Shown here: piece by piece, positions 50,701-59,768 of the stretch | How the letters are laid out: each line of letters starts with the position of its first letter | Numbering within the stretch: position 1 is the first letter of the stretch | Source of the DNA: Catajapyx aquilonaris | Taxonomy: Eukaryota | Direction: 5' to 3' | Assembly: GCA_000934665.2 (NCBI GenBank) | Contig: KZ538772.1 | Coordinates: 1-59,768, forward strand | Length of the DNA: 59,768 bases | Program-made: the position numbers and the translations under genes | Notes under the pieces: generated by a model | Databases searched by the model: none | The model's input: only the letters and a program-made list of their open reading frames with translations | What the model was told of the DNA's origin: nothing

Positions 50701-52675
50701 TGAATCCCCGGAACATGCGATGATTGAAATGGCAAATTGACAGGGTGCCTTATAAATCCCCCCCGGCCGGAGTCGATGTGATAACAAAATGCGTGTGCGT
50801 AAACAGTTATCGCGCATGTTAAAAAGGCACCGGGCTATACAAATATCGATTGCGGTGTCAAATGCATGAGCGACGACGCTTACAGCATGTCGATTTTCCA
50901 CGGGGCTGCGCCGTTCACAAAGTTACATATCTGGCTCCGCACAACCCCCGCACGCCTCGCCTGTCCAAAATTGCGGTCGTTGTCATGCAAATGTGATCCC
51001 ACACGCCCTGAAGAAACAATCAATCGATCAGCTGCTACTCCGAGTGTCTGTGCCATGCTTTGCCTTGATATCGGGAGTACAGTGGCCTAAATAGAGCGAT
51101 GATGCAATGCAATTTCGTAGCCCTGCATCCAAGTACACTCTTGCCAACCGCAAACCCCACTCATGCCCTGTACGTGTAATACCCCCATCGCCGGAGCGCT
51201 AACTTCTGGGGAGGGGAGTATGCCGTCTCTTACCCTTGGCGCAATTGTGTGTGGACTAACAATTAGGGACGCCTCTGTCTCTATTCTCATGGCCGGCAAC
51301 CTTCCTCCAAATTCATTAAGAGTTCATTGGCTTACCTAACATACTATCCTGCCATGAAATAATTAACTGATTAGAGTCATTATCCGTGCTAATTAAACCG
51401 TCTTTGGTGATTTAATATCATGCCTACGCGCTCTATGATCATGTTAATAACAGAAGGGAAAATGAGTTCGCTATAAATGCTAGCCAAAAATCGATTCAAA
51501 CGCACTTATATGCACAGCCATGTTTGCATGGATGGGGCAAGAACAGGCGTATCAGTCTCACCAACAACAGTGCAATCACTTTTAACTGCACTTTTTAAAA
51601 CCAGAGATGAAAATGAAACCTACAGATCGGCAATATCGCTGTGTATTTTAAATCTTACTTCCTGCTTTAAAAAAAAAACAAACCAAAAAAACATCCTTTA
51701 CGAGTATATAGCTTCTTCCTGCCTCTCCCTCCTGTTCCTCATCATTACATTTTTTCTCTTTTTTTATGAAGCGCACGGGGGTCCACTCCAGAAATATCTT
51801 CCTTCGCACAAAAAAAAAAAACCCACATCCGATACCGTACATGCGCACATCCCACCAGCTGGAACAGAAAATACGGGAACGTCCTTACCTTATGCACTCG
51901 TTCCTTGTAGCTCTCTGAACGGCTGATCGAAGTTGCTGATGGCTTCCGGGTCAATTGATGTGCACTGCCGAAGAAGAGTATATTTCAAGACATATCACAC
52001 CACATGTGGGGGTCGTACCCCTCTGACGATAGTATCGACAGCAAGGGAACAGGGTGGGCAAAGGAGGGAAGGGGGTCCTCACTCGGTGTGATTAGGAGCC
52101 TCGGCGGCGGACGGTGCAGCAGGCGAGGTGGTGGCGGCCGCCGTGGGCAGCCGGTAGGCGCTTCTCTTCCGATGGAACATGGTGTCTGCCCCCCGATGGA
52201 CCGGCTCCGGCCCCACCATCACCGGCGGCCCCAGGGGCCTGCGCCTGCTACCGACCGACTCGCCCCTTGCGGATGCAAGCGAAGACGTATCGCCGCGGAA
52301 GCGGAAGAATTACCCAGTCTCCACATCCGCCCTGGGGGCCGACACATTCCCCGGCTACCATGTACTAACCCATAACCAGCGCCCGTGCCACCCGCACCTA
52401 CCACCGGCCTACTCGCTTCTGCACAAACCCACCCCACAGCCTCTGCTGCACAATCATGGATCAATATCTTCGGAAAATGGTGGTGGTGTGCAGAGAGGGG
52501 AAGAAGTGCTGTCTGTGTGCGCCTACCCTATTCCCATTGCTGGTCGTACTCTCTTACCTGTCAGGTTCTTCGTCGTTGGGCCCACCGTCTCCTGTCTGAC
52601 GTTCGTCGCCTTCCTGCACTGTCTCGGGACGACGGTCGCCTCGACCGGACAATGCCGCAAAGCGGTCTCCCAATC
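20834..52675 (-). CDS. RhoGEF2: RGS-family Rho guanine nucleotide exchange factor (RhoGEF2 / ARHGEF11-12-like), 5'-partial gene span
   Basis: 17 exons join with consistent phases. The DH start DSDLEAEPDPPDW...KEKKRQEVINELFHTE, the motif CRRLQLKDIIPTGMLRLTKYPLLFENLAKYT and the PH segment LDLTKHKLIYEGPLSW...LLQKQDEKYVLK match LARG/PDZ-RhoGEF. No PDZ, RGS or C1 exons were found in the window. Confidence 0.93.
21040..21143 (-). CDS. RhoGEF2: RhoGEF penultimate exon
   Basis: Acceptor tttgacag, GLTSSLHQTNREPLAEEVEVHVGMHIEPIKEAAQE, donor GAA|GTAAGT. Confidence 0.82.
21594..21822 (-). CDS. RhoGEF2: RhoGEF exon, coiled coil
   Basis: SIVNERDEERERLRRELQRSREQLHAMHE...SRPNSFVS...ESEEET, donor G|GTCAGT. 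Confidence 0.9.
21879..22057 (-). CDS. RhoGEF2: RhoGEF exon
   Basis: VKQLEVILNDSLQV...LNTQLVQLL, donor TTG|GTAAGT. Confidence 0.9.
22231..22404 (-). CDS. RhoGEF2: RhoGEF exon, C-terminal helical region
   Basis: EKLRRKDEMIKNALEEKQKLVADILHIP...LVLAAMYQ, donor G|GTTAGT. Confidence 0.92.
23027..23224 (-). CDS. RhoGEF2: RhoGEF exon
   Basis: AEGTSGSQ...RRFQRVEIFRITEGSELIQPSEVVVSQGAVLKAEPVLTPI, donor G|GTACGG. Confidence 0.9.
23543..23700 (-). CDS. RhoGEF2: RhoGEF exon, low-complexity tail
   Basis: SDSTEQEDALAKEG...EEEALKKT, preceded by a 58-nt intron, donor G|GTAAGT. Confidence 0.88.
23759..23905 (-). CDS. RhoGEF2: RhoGEF exon, end of PH domain
   Basis: TWFRHVTDAADAYKAREG...DKPE, acceptor tgttccag, donor GT|GTAAGT. 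Confidence 0.92.
25912..25999 (-). CDS. RhoGEF2: RhoGEF exon, PH domain
   Basis: DPMAFFLVNASVVGAHIYELVASTTSEKK, donor AC|GTAAGT. Confidence 0.95.
26156..26405 (-). CDS. RhoGEF2: RhoGEF exon, PH domain
   Basis: TLDLTKHKLIYEGPLSWR...SPIIKLATVLVRHVAT, donor G|GTAAGA. Confidence 0.96.
26568..27221 (-). mobile_element. SINE family C copy interrupted by a TIR element
   Basis: The head (27134-27221) and body (26568-26705) are collinear with the 16921 copy. Confidence 0.8.
26706..27128. mobile_element. Non-autonomous TIR element with 5-bp TSD
   Basis: TIR CAGGGTGTCTAG / CTAGACACCCTG, ACCCT duplicated at 26701-26705 and 27129-27133, and subterminal TTCCCTGAT repeats. Confidence 0.85.
27256..27678 (-). 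CDS. RhoGEF2: RhoGEF exon, DH domain
   Basis: FDGANGEHFQRQAAVFCARQQISLEVLKERRKKD...CRRLQLKDIIP...RLTKYPLL...HPIAQEVR, donor CGG|GTAAGT. Confidence 0.97.
27733..28325. mobile_element. Nested inverted-repeat element in a RhoGEF intron
   Basis: Outer arms about 27733-27823 / 28234-28325 (mirrored NNLPAYIIVP ORFs) and inner arms about 27977-28027 / 28116-28164. Confidence 0.8.
28819..29113 (+). mobile_element. SINE family A, internally deleted, with (CA)n and 11-bp TSD
   Basis: Head TGGCCGAGATGGTAA is joined directly to the GCACTTGCAC body. ACTACCAATCA is repeated at 28808-28818 and 29117-29127. Confidence 0.82.
29266..29492 (-). CDS. RhoGEF2: RhoGEF exon, DH domain
   Basis: ELFHTEKSHVRSLKILERLF...LFSNLEEMIELH...IGELLLNM, donor ATG|GTGAGT. 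Confidence 0.96.
29558..29787 (-). CDS. RhoGEF2: RhoGEF exon, pre-DH extension and DH start
   Basis: SLESPSNSLEMV...WDSDLEAEPDPPDWTKNISEEVLKQLTPKEKKRQEVIN, donor G|GTGAGC. Confidence 0.95.
29919..29996 (-). CDS. RhoGEF2: RhoGEF exon (DAEIDSHALAYAANSGSSSNSSLSA)
   Basis: Acceptor ctttacag and donor AG|GTAAGT. SSSNSSLSARSLE parallels SSSTSSLSTRSLE of PDZ-RhoGEF. Confidence 0.92.
30623..30885. other. Assembly gap (263 N) flanked by poly-C and poly-G
   Basis: Run of N in the sequence. Confidence 0.99.
33207..33271 (-). CDS. RhoGEF2: Candidate RhoGEF alternative first exon (MEPSSTAPTLALPDARRCFSE)
   Basis: Start context aaaATGG in a CpG-rich island. Donor AG|GTAAAA is in phase 2, matching the 29996 acceptor. 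Confidence 0.55.
35297..35360. repeat. (TA)n microsatellite
   Basis: Directly visible. Confidence 0.95.
35896..36113. mobile_element. Small Tc1/mariner-like MITE (contains a short gap)
   Basis: TA-CTGGGTGGCCCATAACC ... GGTTATGGACCACCCCG-TA. Confidence 0.65.
37200..37800 (+). pseudogene. Highly decayed non-LTR retrotransposon RT/C-terminal fragment
   Basis: RNVSVIIGPDVTFTPSINHLTRG resembles xLGVIxDxxLxFxxHIxxI, and IRPLSRTNPFSHSF..WNH resembles the CR1/Jockey-like C-terminal RTxxFxxSF..WN motif. Confidence 0.45.
38500..38663. mobile_element. 164-bp hairpin MITE
   Basis: CAGTGTTGGGCATAAATCGAGGCATA ... TATGCCTCGATTTATGACCAACACTG, flanked by TA. Confidence 0.85.
39674..39731. repeat. (TAG)n microsatellite
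   Basis: Directly visible. Confidence 0.95.
40219..40450. mobile_element. Decayed hAT/Charlie-like MITE
   Basis: Repeated GGGGTCGC subterminal motifs and a TTGGGAAGCACTG end. Confidence 0.45.
41038..41162 (-). CDS. RhoGEF2: Candidate RhoGEF alternative first exon (MPVFLSKCIESPQPRRKDAGFRAILYKLGSQKRKKKGPVTG)
   Basis: In-frame stop just upstream of the ATG and 41 open codons. Donor AA|GTGAGT is in phase 2. Confidence 0.6.
42209..42757. mobile_element. Old Tc1/mariner-like MITE
   Basis: TA-CAAGGTGTTCCGTAATAAT ... ATTATTCTGTACACCCTG-TA, with degenerate inverted arms. Confidence 0.55.
44379..44790 (+). mobile_element. SINE family B with (TAA)n tail
   Basis: Highly similar to the 12640-12970 copy, with a short AATTACCC direct repeat on both sides. 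Confidence 0.9.
46692..46744 (-). CDS. RhoGEF2: RhoGEF 53-nt linker exon (RQTRERRKTSDPNLSKT)
   Basis: Acceptor tatattttcag and donor AA|GTAAGT. Phase 0 in, phase 2 out, bridging the 51889 and 29996 exons exactly. Confidence 0.85.
51889..51964 (-). CDS. RhoGEF2: RhoGEF linker exon (AHQLTRKPSATSISRSESYKERVHK)
   Basis: Acceptor cttcttcggcag and donor AAG|GTAAGG. The RSESYKER motif resembles the RSES linker motif of RGS-RhoGEFs. Confidence 0.88.
52083..52219 (-). CDS. RhoGEF2: Candidate RhoGEF alternative first exon (MVGPEPVHRGADTMFHRKRSAYRLPTAAATTSPAAPSAAEAPNHT)
   Basis: GC-rich island with accATG at 52180. Donor GA|GTGAGG is in phase 2, matching the 51964 acceptor 118 nt away. Confidence 0.5.
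52558..52675 (-). CDS. RhoGEF2: RhoGEF linker exon (GLGDRFAALSGRGDRRPETVQEGDERQTGDGGPNDEEPD)
   Basis: Acceptor ttgttgtag and donor AG|GTAAGA. Phase 1 in, phase 2 out, which fits the 51964 exon. Confidence 0.8.
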
Positions 52676-55339
52676 CTACAACAATATAAGGCATATTAAT
52701 TCTTTACAGCATTTACTTGTACCACGCCAGACAAAAACATTATAGGGACAGTCCAGTCTCACTGAGATAGTTTGGAGTTATTCAAAAACATGGAACTGGT
52801 CATGGGTGACCCAGCGCCAATTTAAATTCAGCCTGCCCCAGCACATCTTTTTGTCGAGTATGGTCGCTTGTAACATAATTATGAACGAACACACCACAGA
52901 TCACACATACACAGGCTCTCTTTTCAATTATGACCTCTCCGAATTACATGGACAAGATCCTTTCGGTATACCTGGCGGTGCAACAAGACCTCCAGTTCCG
53001 AGAGGATTTATAGACTTGTAGTGAAAACGTGGGTTTACACGGGCGTCGTCGTCAATGTCCTTTTGGCCGTTGTGGTTCGTTGTGGTTGGTATTCATTAGT
53101 CAGCACGTGAATCCTAACCAACACTCCCCCAAGACAACAGAAACGGCGTCCTGTAAACCCAGCGTAAGGGTCGGTATATTTAAGTCCACTATACGGTACT
53201 AGGCAAGGTCTTTCCTGAATAACCCATTCCTAAGTGTGACGCTTGCATATATCTAACCTTCATAAACCCCTCTATGCAAGGGCATCAGATTGCAGTTTAG
53301 CAGAACCTATCACAGGAATTCCTATGTGCCACCAGGTGCCACTCAAATGAAACACCAAATAGATGCGTCAATTACGTCTTCGACGTTGTACACGGCGGCC
53401 CCCAAACTCCTGACCTCTTGCATCAGTTTCAAAACACCAGATTGGCCACTTGAGTGCACATTGGGGGTAAAATTTACGGAGAAAAACAAGTATCGCTACT
53501 CCATTTTTATTTTCTTGGCCAATGTTCAGCTAAAGAAGATTGCAAGGAGTCCTGTCGACCTCACAAGTACCATCATTATACTGACTGCGGCCGAGTGGAA
53601 CACTCCTCTATAAATATATGGCTCTTAAGAATGCGGCAGCTAGGGGTTAGGTAGGTCACTCTAGGCGAAGTACGGTAGGTAAGTTACGGACGTTTATCCA
53701 CATTATATCAACATGTGTTTCCACACTAGGGCTGCTGCAATTCGGCCAACATTGTAACATAAACAACACGCACACGTCTTGGAAAAACCACCTGTACATT
53801 AGCTGCACAAGTACTTCTTACTAAAATAAATAAAGCCAATGATGATGATGATGAGTACTTCTTACTGTTGATTATGTAGCCAGTTGCGGTCTCGTTACAC
53901 GATTTCTTTTCCTTCATTCATTTATTGTATGATAATTTAATCGCTCATCTTTATTATTCAGTTGCTAATTAATTAAATATTTATCAAAATACTCCTCTCC
54001 AGTAAGAACTCGCTGAGTATTCATTACAACTTCCTGAAAAGCCTATTTCTAATATCCTCCCAGTGTGCTAGGTTCAAGCAACGATAACGGGAAGTGATCT
54101 ATCAATTTGGATGCAAATTAAAACCACTCGCCTGCAAACTGCACTTGAACCAAATAGATTGACAGAATTTGCGAAAGCTTCCACATTATTCCGGAATTAG
54201 CCCCTAGAATACACTGCCGTCCACATCCATCCAATCCGCTATCGAGTTATATTATGTAAATATTGTAGTGAATGTCAACATGTTTTTGCGCGCGGTCAAC
54301 GTCTAAAAAAAATAACCATCACACAACTGGTGAATGACTCATCACATATATTTATACCACACATTGAGTGTGCATGGCCTCCCGTATTTTTCCACCCTTT
54401 ATGAGACCCCGTATCCAATTAGGCCAGGGAGTTACATCGTCGGCCATATCAGTCCGCGGACATTGTTGACAAAAAATTAATCGTCATTCCATTTGATCCA
54501 CGGCGCCTCACTTAATTCGCCTACTGAATGGGGCAGATTTGACCGCAACAGTTAACAACGTAAATCAACTAATCAAGCGAATCTATCTTCCCGCCCACCC
54601 CAACCCACCCAGGTTCCCACAGGCGATGACTACAACCTAGCTGTGGAGACTCATTCAATCTGCCCCTCCCAAAGAGTTCAGATGACGTAATCTGGCCTCT
54701 GTGGTGCCACAAACATTTCTTCTTTTTTATATAGACACGTCATCGCAACAAGGCAAAAGCGCACTGACCCACTTCGCTAAATTGTGTACTTCCACCATAC
54801 GGGTACCGTCAGTGCCTGTTCTAGTATACAGTACGTGTAATGCTATTGATTCCTGTGTACTAAAGACATCCAAGTGCGCCACCTGCGGAAGGAAGACATC
54901 CTTGGGCCATGTTGCCACACTTCCAAGAAGCAGGTTTTTTGTGTGTGTGTGTGTGTGTGTGTACATCCAAGCATTAAAAAATGCTTCAGTTCAACTAGCA
55001 CCAAATGTACAATTTTCCGCTTCATTGAGTTAATAACTGTATTAATTCCAAATTGATCAGCGTAATTACAACGTCCTTCATCTACTTGACGCTCGTTATT
55101 CTAATGCGACTTCCAAACAAAGACCGCTCCACATTTGTCGCGTATATGTCTGGCGAAGTGGTCCTCGAAATCGAATCACCCGCATCCGCCCACGAACACG
55201 CCGCACGTGTAAAGCAATAACCCACAGAAAATCCCAATATCCGGCTATACCAAACGTCACGTGTGGATCATCCACATCCTTGGAGATGACCGTTTCTACG
55301 AAGACATCGCAACTGGCCAAACCACCTGTCTCAACACAC

Positions 55340-55574
55340 CTTCACCCGTGTATGCCAAATGCGGACAAGATGGCGGTCTGGGTGGCGGCTGAGTCCCATC
55401 TTCGCCCCTGGGCGGCAATGGTGGCGGCCCCTCCGGCACACTCCTCTTCTTACCGTACACATACGGGTTGAAGTTCATAAACTGCCACTCCTCCCCCACA
55501 CTCCGGGAGTACTTCTTCCTCCGGATCTTTGTCCGCAAGTTGCTCATCCGCATACTGTACTCCGTGAACCACAT
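55340..55574 (-). CDS. RhoGEF2: Candidate RhoGEF alternative first (or cassette) exon, basic and proline-rich
   Basis: MWFTEYSMRMSNLRTKIRRKKYSRSVGEEWQFMNFNPYVYGKKRSVPEGPPPLPPRGEDGTQPPPRPPSCPHLAYTGE. Donor AAG|GTGTGT is in phase 1, matching the 52675 acceptor. Confidence 0.6.
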
Positions 55575-56196
55575 GCCCTACACACACGCACACACACACA
55601 CCACACCAGTGCACTTGTAACCTCACATAGTCGATAAGACTCAAGAATGGGAAACGCCGTCTGTTCTCGGGAAGTTGAGTCGACCTTCCACCACAAGAAC
55701 CACCAGTAGGGAAGCAGAGTCTCTCTTTTTTGTCTTCCTTTTTTTGTGCGTGTGTGTGCTGTTGTTCTTCCGACCAATCCACGGTGGCCGTTTTCTAACC
55801 GACTCGCCTGCACTAACACGGTCAACTGGCCGTGTTCGTGACGGTGCAGAGAGTCTACCACCATGGAGGAAGAGAGGAAAGAGAGGTTCAGGGCCGCGTC
55901 CGAATGAACGATAACACACGCGGTGGCCATAGAAACCACGGACAAACAGAAAATGGTTGGATTGTCCAGTGTTTTTCCACTTATTTTAACAATCGATTGA
56001 GGCAAATAAGGAAAGCGGCTCGGCAGATGAGCACCACAACAATATTGCGAGATGATTCCCTTAATTATATTCCTTGCCCAATAGCAAAGCTTGTTTCCTG
56101 CAGGAAGTACGGTTTGCTGGCCTCCCAAGACGTGAGGTCAGCGGATGTAAACGTGGACTCTACGATGACAATGGGACATCTTCCCAAGGCAGAAGC

Positions 56197-56253
<57 letters not shown>
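56197..56253. repeat. (AAT)n microsatellite
   Basis: Directly visible. Confidence 0.95.
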
Positions 56254-56254
<1 letters not shown>

Positions 56255-59200
56255 GCCACAAGTACAAGTGGCATGGCCCCGACAAGTGGCTTAATATGGA
56301 AAATTATGTAATGCTATGTATCGGCGCCACATATCCACATGGCCACAAGCCAGGCGCCTGCTATAATCAAGGCATCACTCCAGCAAAATATCGCCTTGCC
56401 CACCCTAATCTTGTTAACACCCCAACTGCCATGACCTCTGACACCCCAGCCCTCTCCAGTTCCACAGGTCCCTTTTTACTTGCCCAATTAGCCTAATGTG
56501 CGTGAGAAACACGGAATCTCGCACGTGTTAACTAATACGCCTAAAATGCCCAGCTTCAAAGGTCTGAGCGGAACAATAAAGATCCATTACGATAGTTAAA
56601 GCTACGCCATCACGAGAGGCCAGAATCGCTCCTTTCTACCTCGCAATTATAACTTGCAACGCAAAATTCAGTCGAGAGTCCGCCGCATTGTCTCTCATCC
56701 ACCGGAAAAAGATCAATAGTCTGAAAACACATTCTACTTTCAAAATTAGCCTATTTCACCGCAATAATTTTAAGTGGCACCTTATTGTGTACTAAGCCGA
56801 CTAGATTCCCATGATTCTTGTTCCCTCCAAGGAATAAGGCCGCATCCTGCAAAAGAAAATGGTTTTCCCCTCCTCTCCCCCCTCTTGCTTATGAAAGGAA
56901 GATTTGAGAGAGCACGAGCGCGTGACGCGAGTCGCTAACCTCCTGAAATGATCTTACACGTGCATTACCAGAAGCGCCTACTACTATCACAGGGGATGGC
57001 GCAATGCACCTATTGTTGCGCACACGTTCTGGAGTTTATGGCGCACGGATTACTCGATACATATCGGCCTCCACTTCCTAATAATACGATAGTGCTTGTG
57101 GTTTTACTTGACCGTGGTCAAGTTGTCTATAATATTCGATAATGATGCAGGATGAGATTTGGGGGGAGGGGGGGGGGGGGAGAGAATCCGTACTCATTAC
57201 ATACTATTCAGCCTTACTGCATTTTCTAGGTTGTAAAAAGACTCCAATTATTGGTTCGTTCCAGAATTTCCCCCCAAAAAATCTTCAGTCCACCAAAATA
57301 AGATATCCGGCCTTCTTTTAAAAAACCCCCTCTCAGGACCTGTATATTGCAGCTGCTTCTGGCTTCCTCCTCTGGAAAAATAATGACCCCCCCCCTCCCC
57401 ACCCCCTCCCTGGTGCGTGCTCCAGAAAATCAAGCAGGTGTAATGAAGTCTCGAAGCAAGAGACAGAAAAAAAAGAGAAGGAGAGAAAAAAAAATCACAA
57501 GATCTCAAAGACCTTACTGCAAAATTTCAATTACAGTGCAGTGTGCTGACTCTACAATGGTAAGGACGTCCACATTAGAATCGTGATTGTTGTGCTGTTA
57601 CAGTCACGCCGGGGTAAGCTGCCCACCGCGTTATTATTAACAGGTGGCCACTTTTCTCATGGACTTTTTTCTCCCCTTCTTCTGCTTCTCGAGTAGCCTG
57701 TCCGGAAGAAGGAAGCCCATCCGAGGCGCCAAAAAAAAAGCAACAGAGAGAAAAAAAAACGCCCACAATCTTCCCATCAGCTTCATGGCAACATTCGACA
57801 CGGTCCGAGGGAAAACGAGAAAGAGAAAATAAAACGAAAAAAAGAAAATGTTCTTCACGGGTGTCAACTCATTATAACGAACCAAAAATCCGACCAAGAT
57901 AACCTAAGAGCATCGATAAACCATCCCTTAATCTTTTTGCTAGGTCCAACTTTGGAGGCAATGCTGTTGCATATCCAGCTAGGATATGACCAACACTACA
58001 CGAGAAACATCATGTCTAAGCTCTATTTCAGTATTGAGGGAGAAGCACGAATGTGATTGCCCGCAGCCAATCATCTCTCCTCAAGACGGAAACACACAGG
58101 TCTGATGTAATTCAGCACTACGTTACCACTAAACACTCGAAAGCTCTTTCGGTCACTACGTAACTGTCATACCATTTGAAGGAATAGTTGTGTTCCATGT
58201 GTAAAACATGTCCACTGACGAGCCGAAATGTCACACTGCCGGTGTACCAGTCCAACTAAACAATCACTCCAATCTAATCGCAAGTACTTGAAGCTTTTAT
58301 CGTTGGTGACGTGCCAAGCTGATGTAGTCGCGAGTCCCAACACTACTGACATGAGTTCGATATGAAATGTACTATCACCATAGAGTCACCCTATATGACG
58401 GATGATATTACTCGTTGCTTTACGTACCCGCTACTGAGGTGGCTGACAGTAATGCAATGTCACATGGTAGGACGAGGACGCTTTCGATACACCAATTAAT
58501 TCAGGTGTCATGTGGAAAGGTAAAAGAAGCACATACGTAATCTGGTATAGAGCCCTGACGTCGTCTCTGAACTTTTCACTTTGGTTTCTAACAAGGTGGG
58601 TGAAAAAGACAGTGTATAGGAAGTGGAAAAAGCGTCGGAAGGATATGCGTCGACAGGAAATACAGCTGATTACTTCATGGAAACATCCTTCGAGAAATGA
58701 ACTTGACTCCAAACCAACCCACAAGAAAAACAAAAATACAAAAATAAATCCACTCTGAAAAGTACTGTACATGTTGATGGAAGTGGCCTGTCTGGAGTTA
58801 CGTCAGCAAGCTTCTGGTATTAAATCAGCAGCCTTTTCCGATAAGAGTACGACATAGCTAAAGTAGATACTGTCCTTTCAAAAATATTCCAGTCCAGACC
58901 ACCCTCTCCCGCCTTTCCCCTAGTCTAAACGGGAAGTGTAGCAAATGAAGTTACTCATTCTGAGAGGCAAAAGTCTTCCAATGCTGGCTTCCAAGAGTGC
59001 CTTTCCGTTCACTTATTTTCCATGACCAAAAATAAAACCAGTCGGATTTGGAAAATTTTCCGAATGTCCTCGTGCAGGATATAACTATATAAACTGACCA
59101 GAAAATAAGTCCATGAGAACGCCTACGTCAGTTGTAAAAATAGCGAAAAAAGCCGCTTTATTAGTTTACCGGTATGTATTCGATAAGTAGATTTTCTTCT

Positions 59201-59768
59201 CTTGCAAATCTTATTGGAGGTCAGGGTCAAAGCAATTTTTAAAAATATACCAGCTTATTAATATTGCCCACAAATTCATGTAAACAAGTATGTCGATGCC
59301 TATTCTTCCAGTGATGAGCTGATAACCTTCCCTAGCAAGAATGAGTATAAAAGGACGGATTTTTCCACTGCTATACTGCATGTAGCCTACTTCACAGGAA
59401 GTTCGAATTTGAATGTCATTGGTGGATATCGATTTTTGGCAATAAACTTCTTATTTTCAACTATTTACTGTGGAACTGTTACTTTAGGTGTTATTAGAGA
59501 TATTAGCTAATTACATTAGGTTCAACTGAAAGCATGAGGTCCGGGGCCTCGGGAATTTTATTTCCCCCTGATCCAGAGGGAGAAAATAATGTGAGATAAG
59601 TTTGCATCTCCCTATGATATTTGCTTCTATCCTCACAAAGAGAGTTTCCTATCATAACCCATACAGACGCAAATGGGGAAGTAGCCTTCATTTTGGAAAC
59701 TGCATAATAAATTCGCCCATATTTTTTGGATTTTTTTGGCATATTCCGTTTTAAGATATCAGTTTCGG

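Noticed and set aside
52004..52745. Plus-strand ORFs of 84-188 aa
   Set aside because: They are GC-rich antisense shadows of minus-strand RhoGEF exons.
56950..58600. Upstream RhoGEF exons (C1/RGS region)
   Set aside because: There are short open segments with plausible splice sites but no recognisable domain sequence.

Overview
Eukaryotic, intron-rich invertebrate genomic DNA, probably arthropod judging by the RhoGEF and SINE types. It has one 263-N assembly gap (30623-30885) and many single-N breaks at G/C homopolymers. All exon models were built by eye from splice signals and reading-frame phase. Three genes are visible. (1) A complete 4-exon Tom20 on the + strand (13554-15925, 152 aa). 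(2) The 3' part of an RGS-RhoGEF (RhoGEF2/ARHGEF11/12-like) on the - strand: 17 phase-consistent exons from 52675 to the stop at 20834, covering the linker, DH, PH and C-terminal coiled coil. No PDZ/RGS/C1 exons were found, so they presumably lie beyond the right edge. At least four ATG-containing candidate alternative first exons sit in its large, CpG-rich 5' introns. (3) An unidentified - strand gene head-to-head with Tom20 (three phase-0 exons with a GC-AG intron, plus a probable terminal exon at 3518-3739). The rest is rich in repeats. There are several tRNA-derived SINE families, three of which share a body motif and a covarying 3' stem-loop tail. There are also two ~1 kb near-perfect palindromes, nested Tc1/hAT/pogo-type MITEs, TIR elements with unusual 3-bp and 5-bp TSDs, and decayed transposase and RT fragments. 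There is no CRISPR array or rRNA gene, and no convincing intact tRNA gene.
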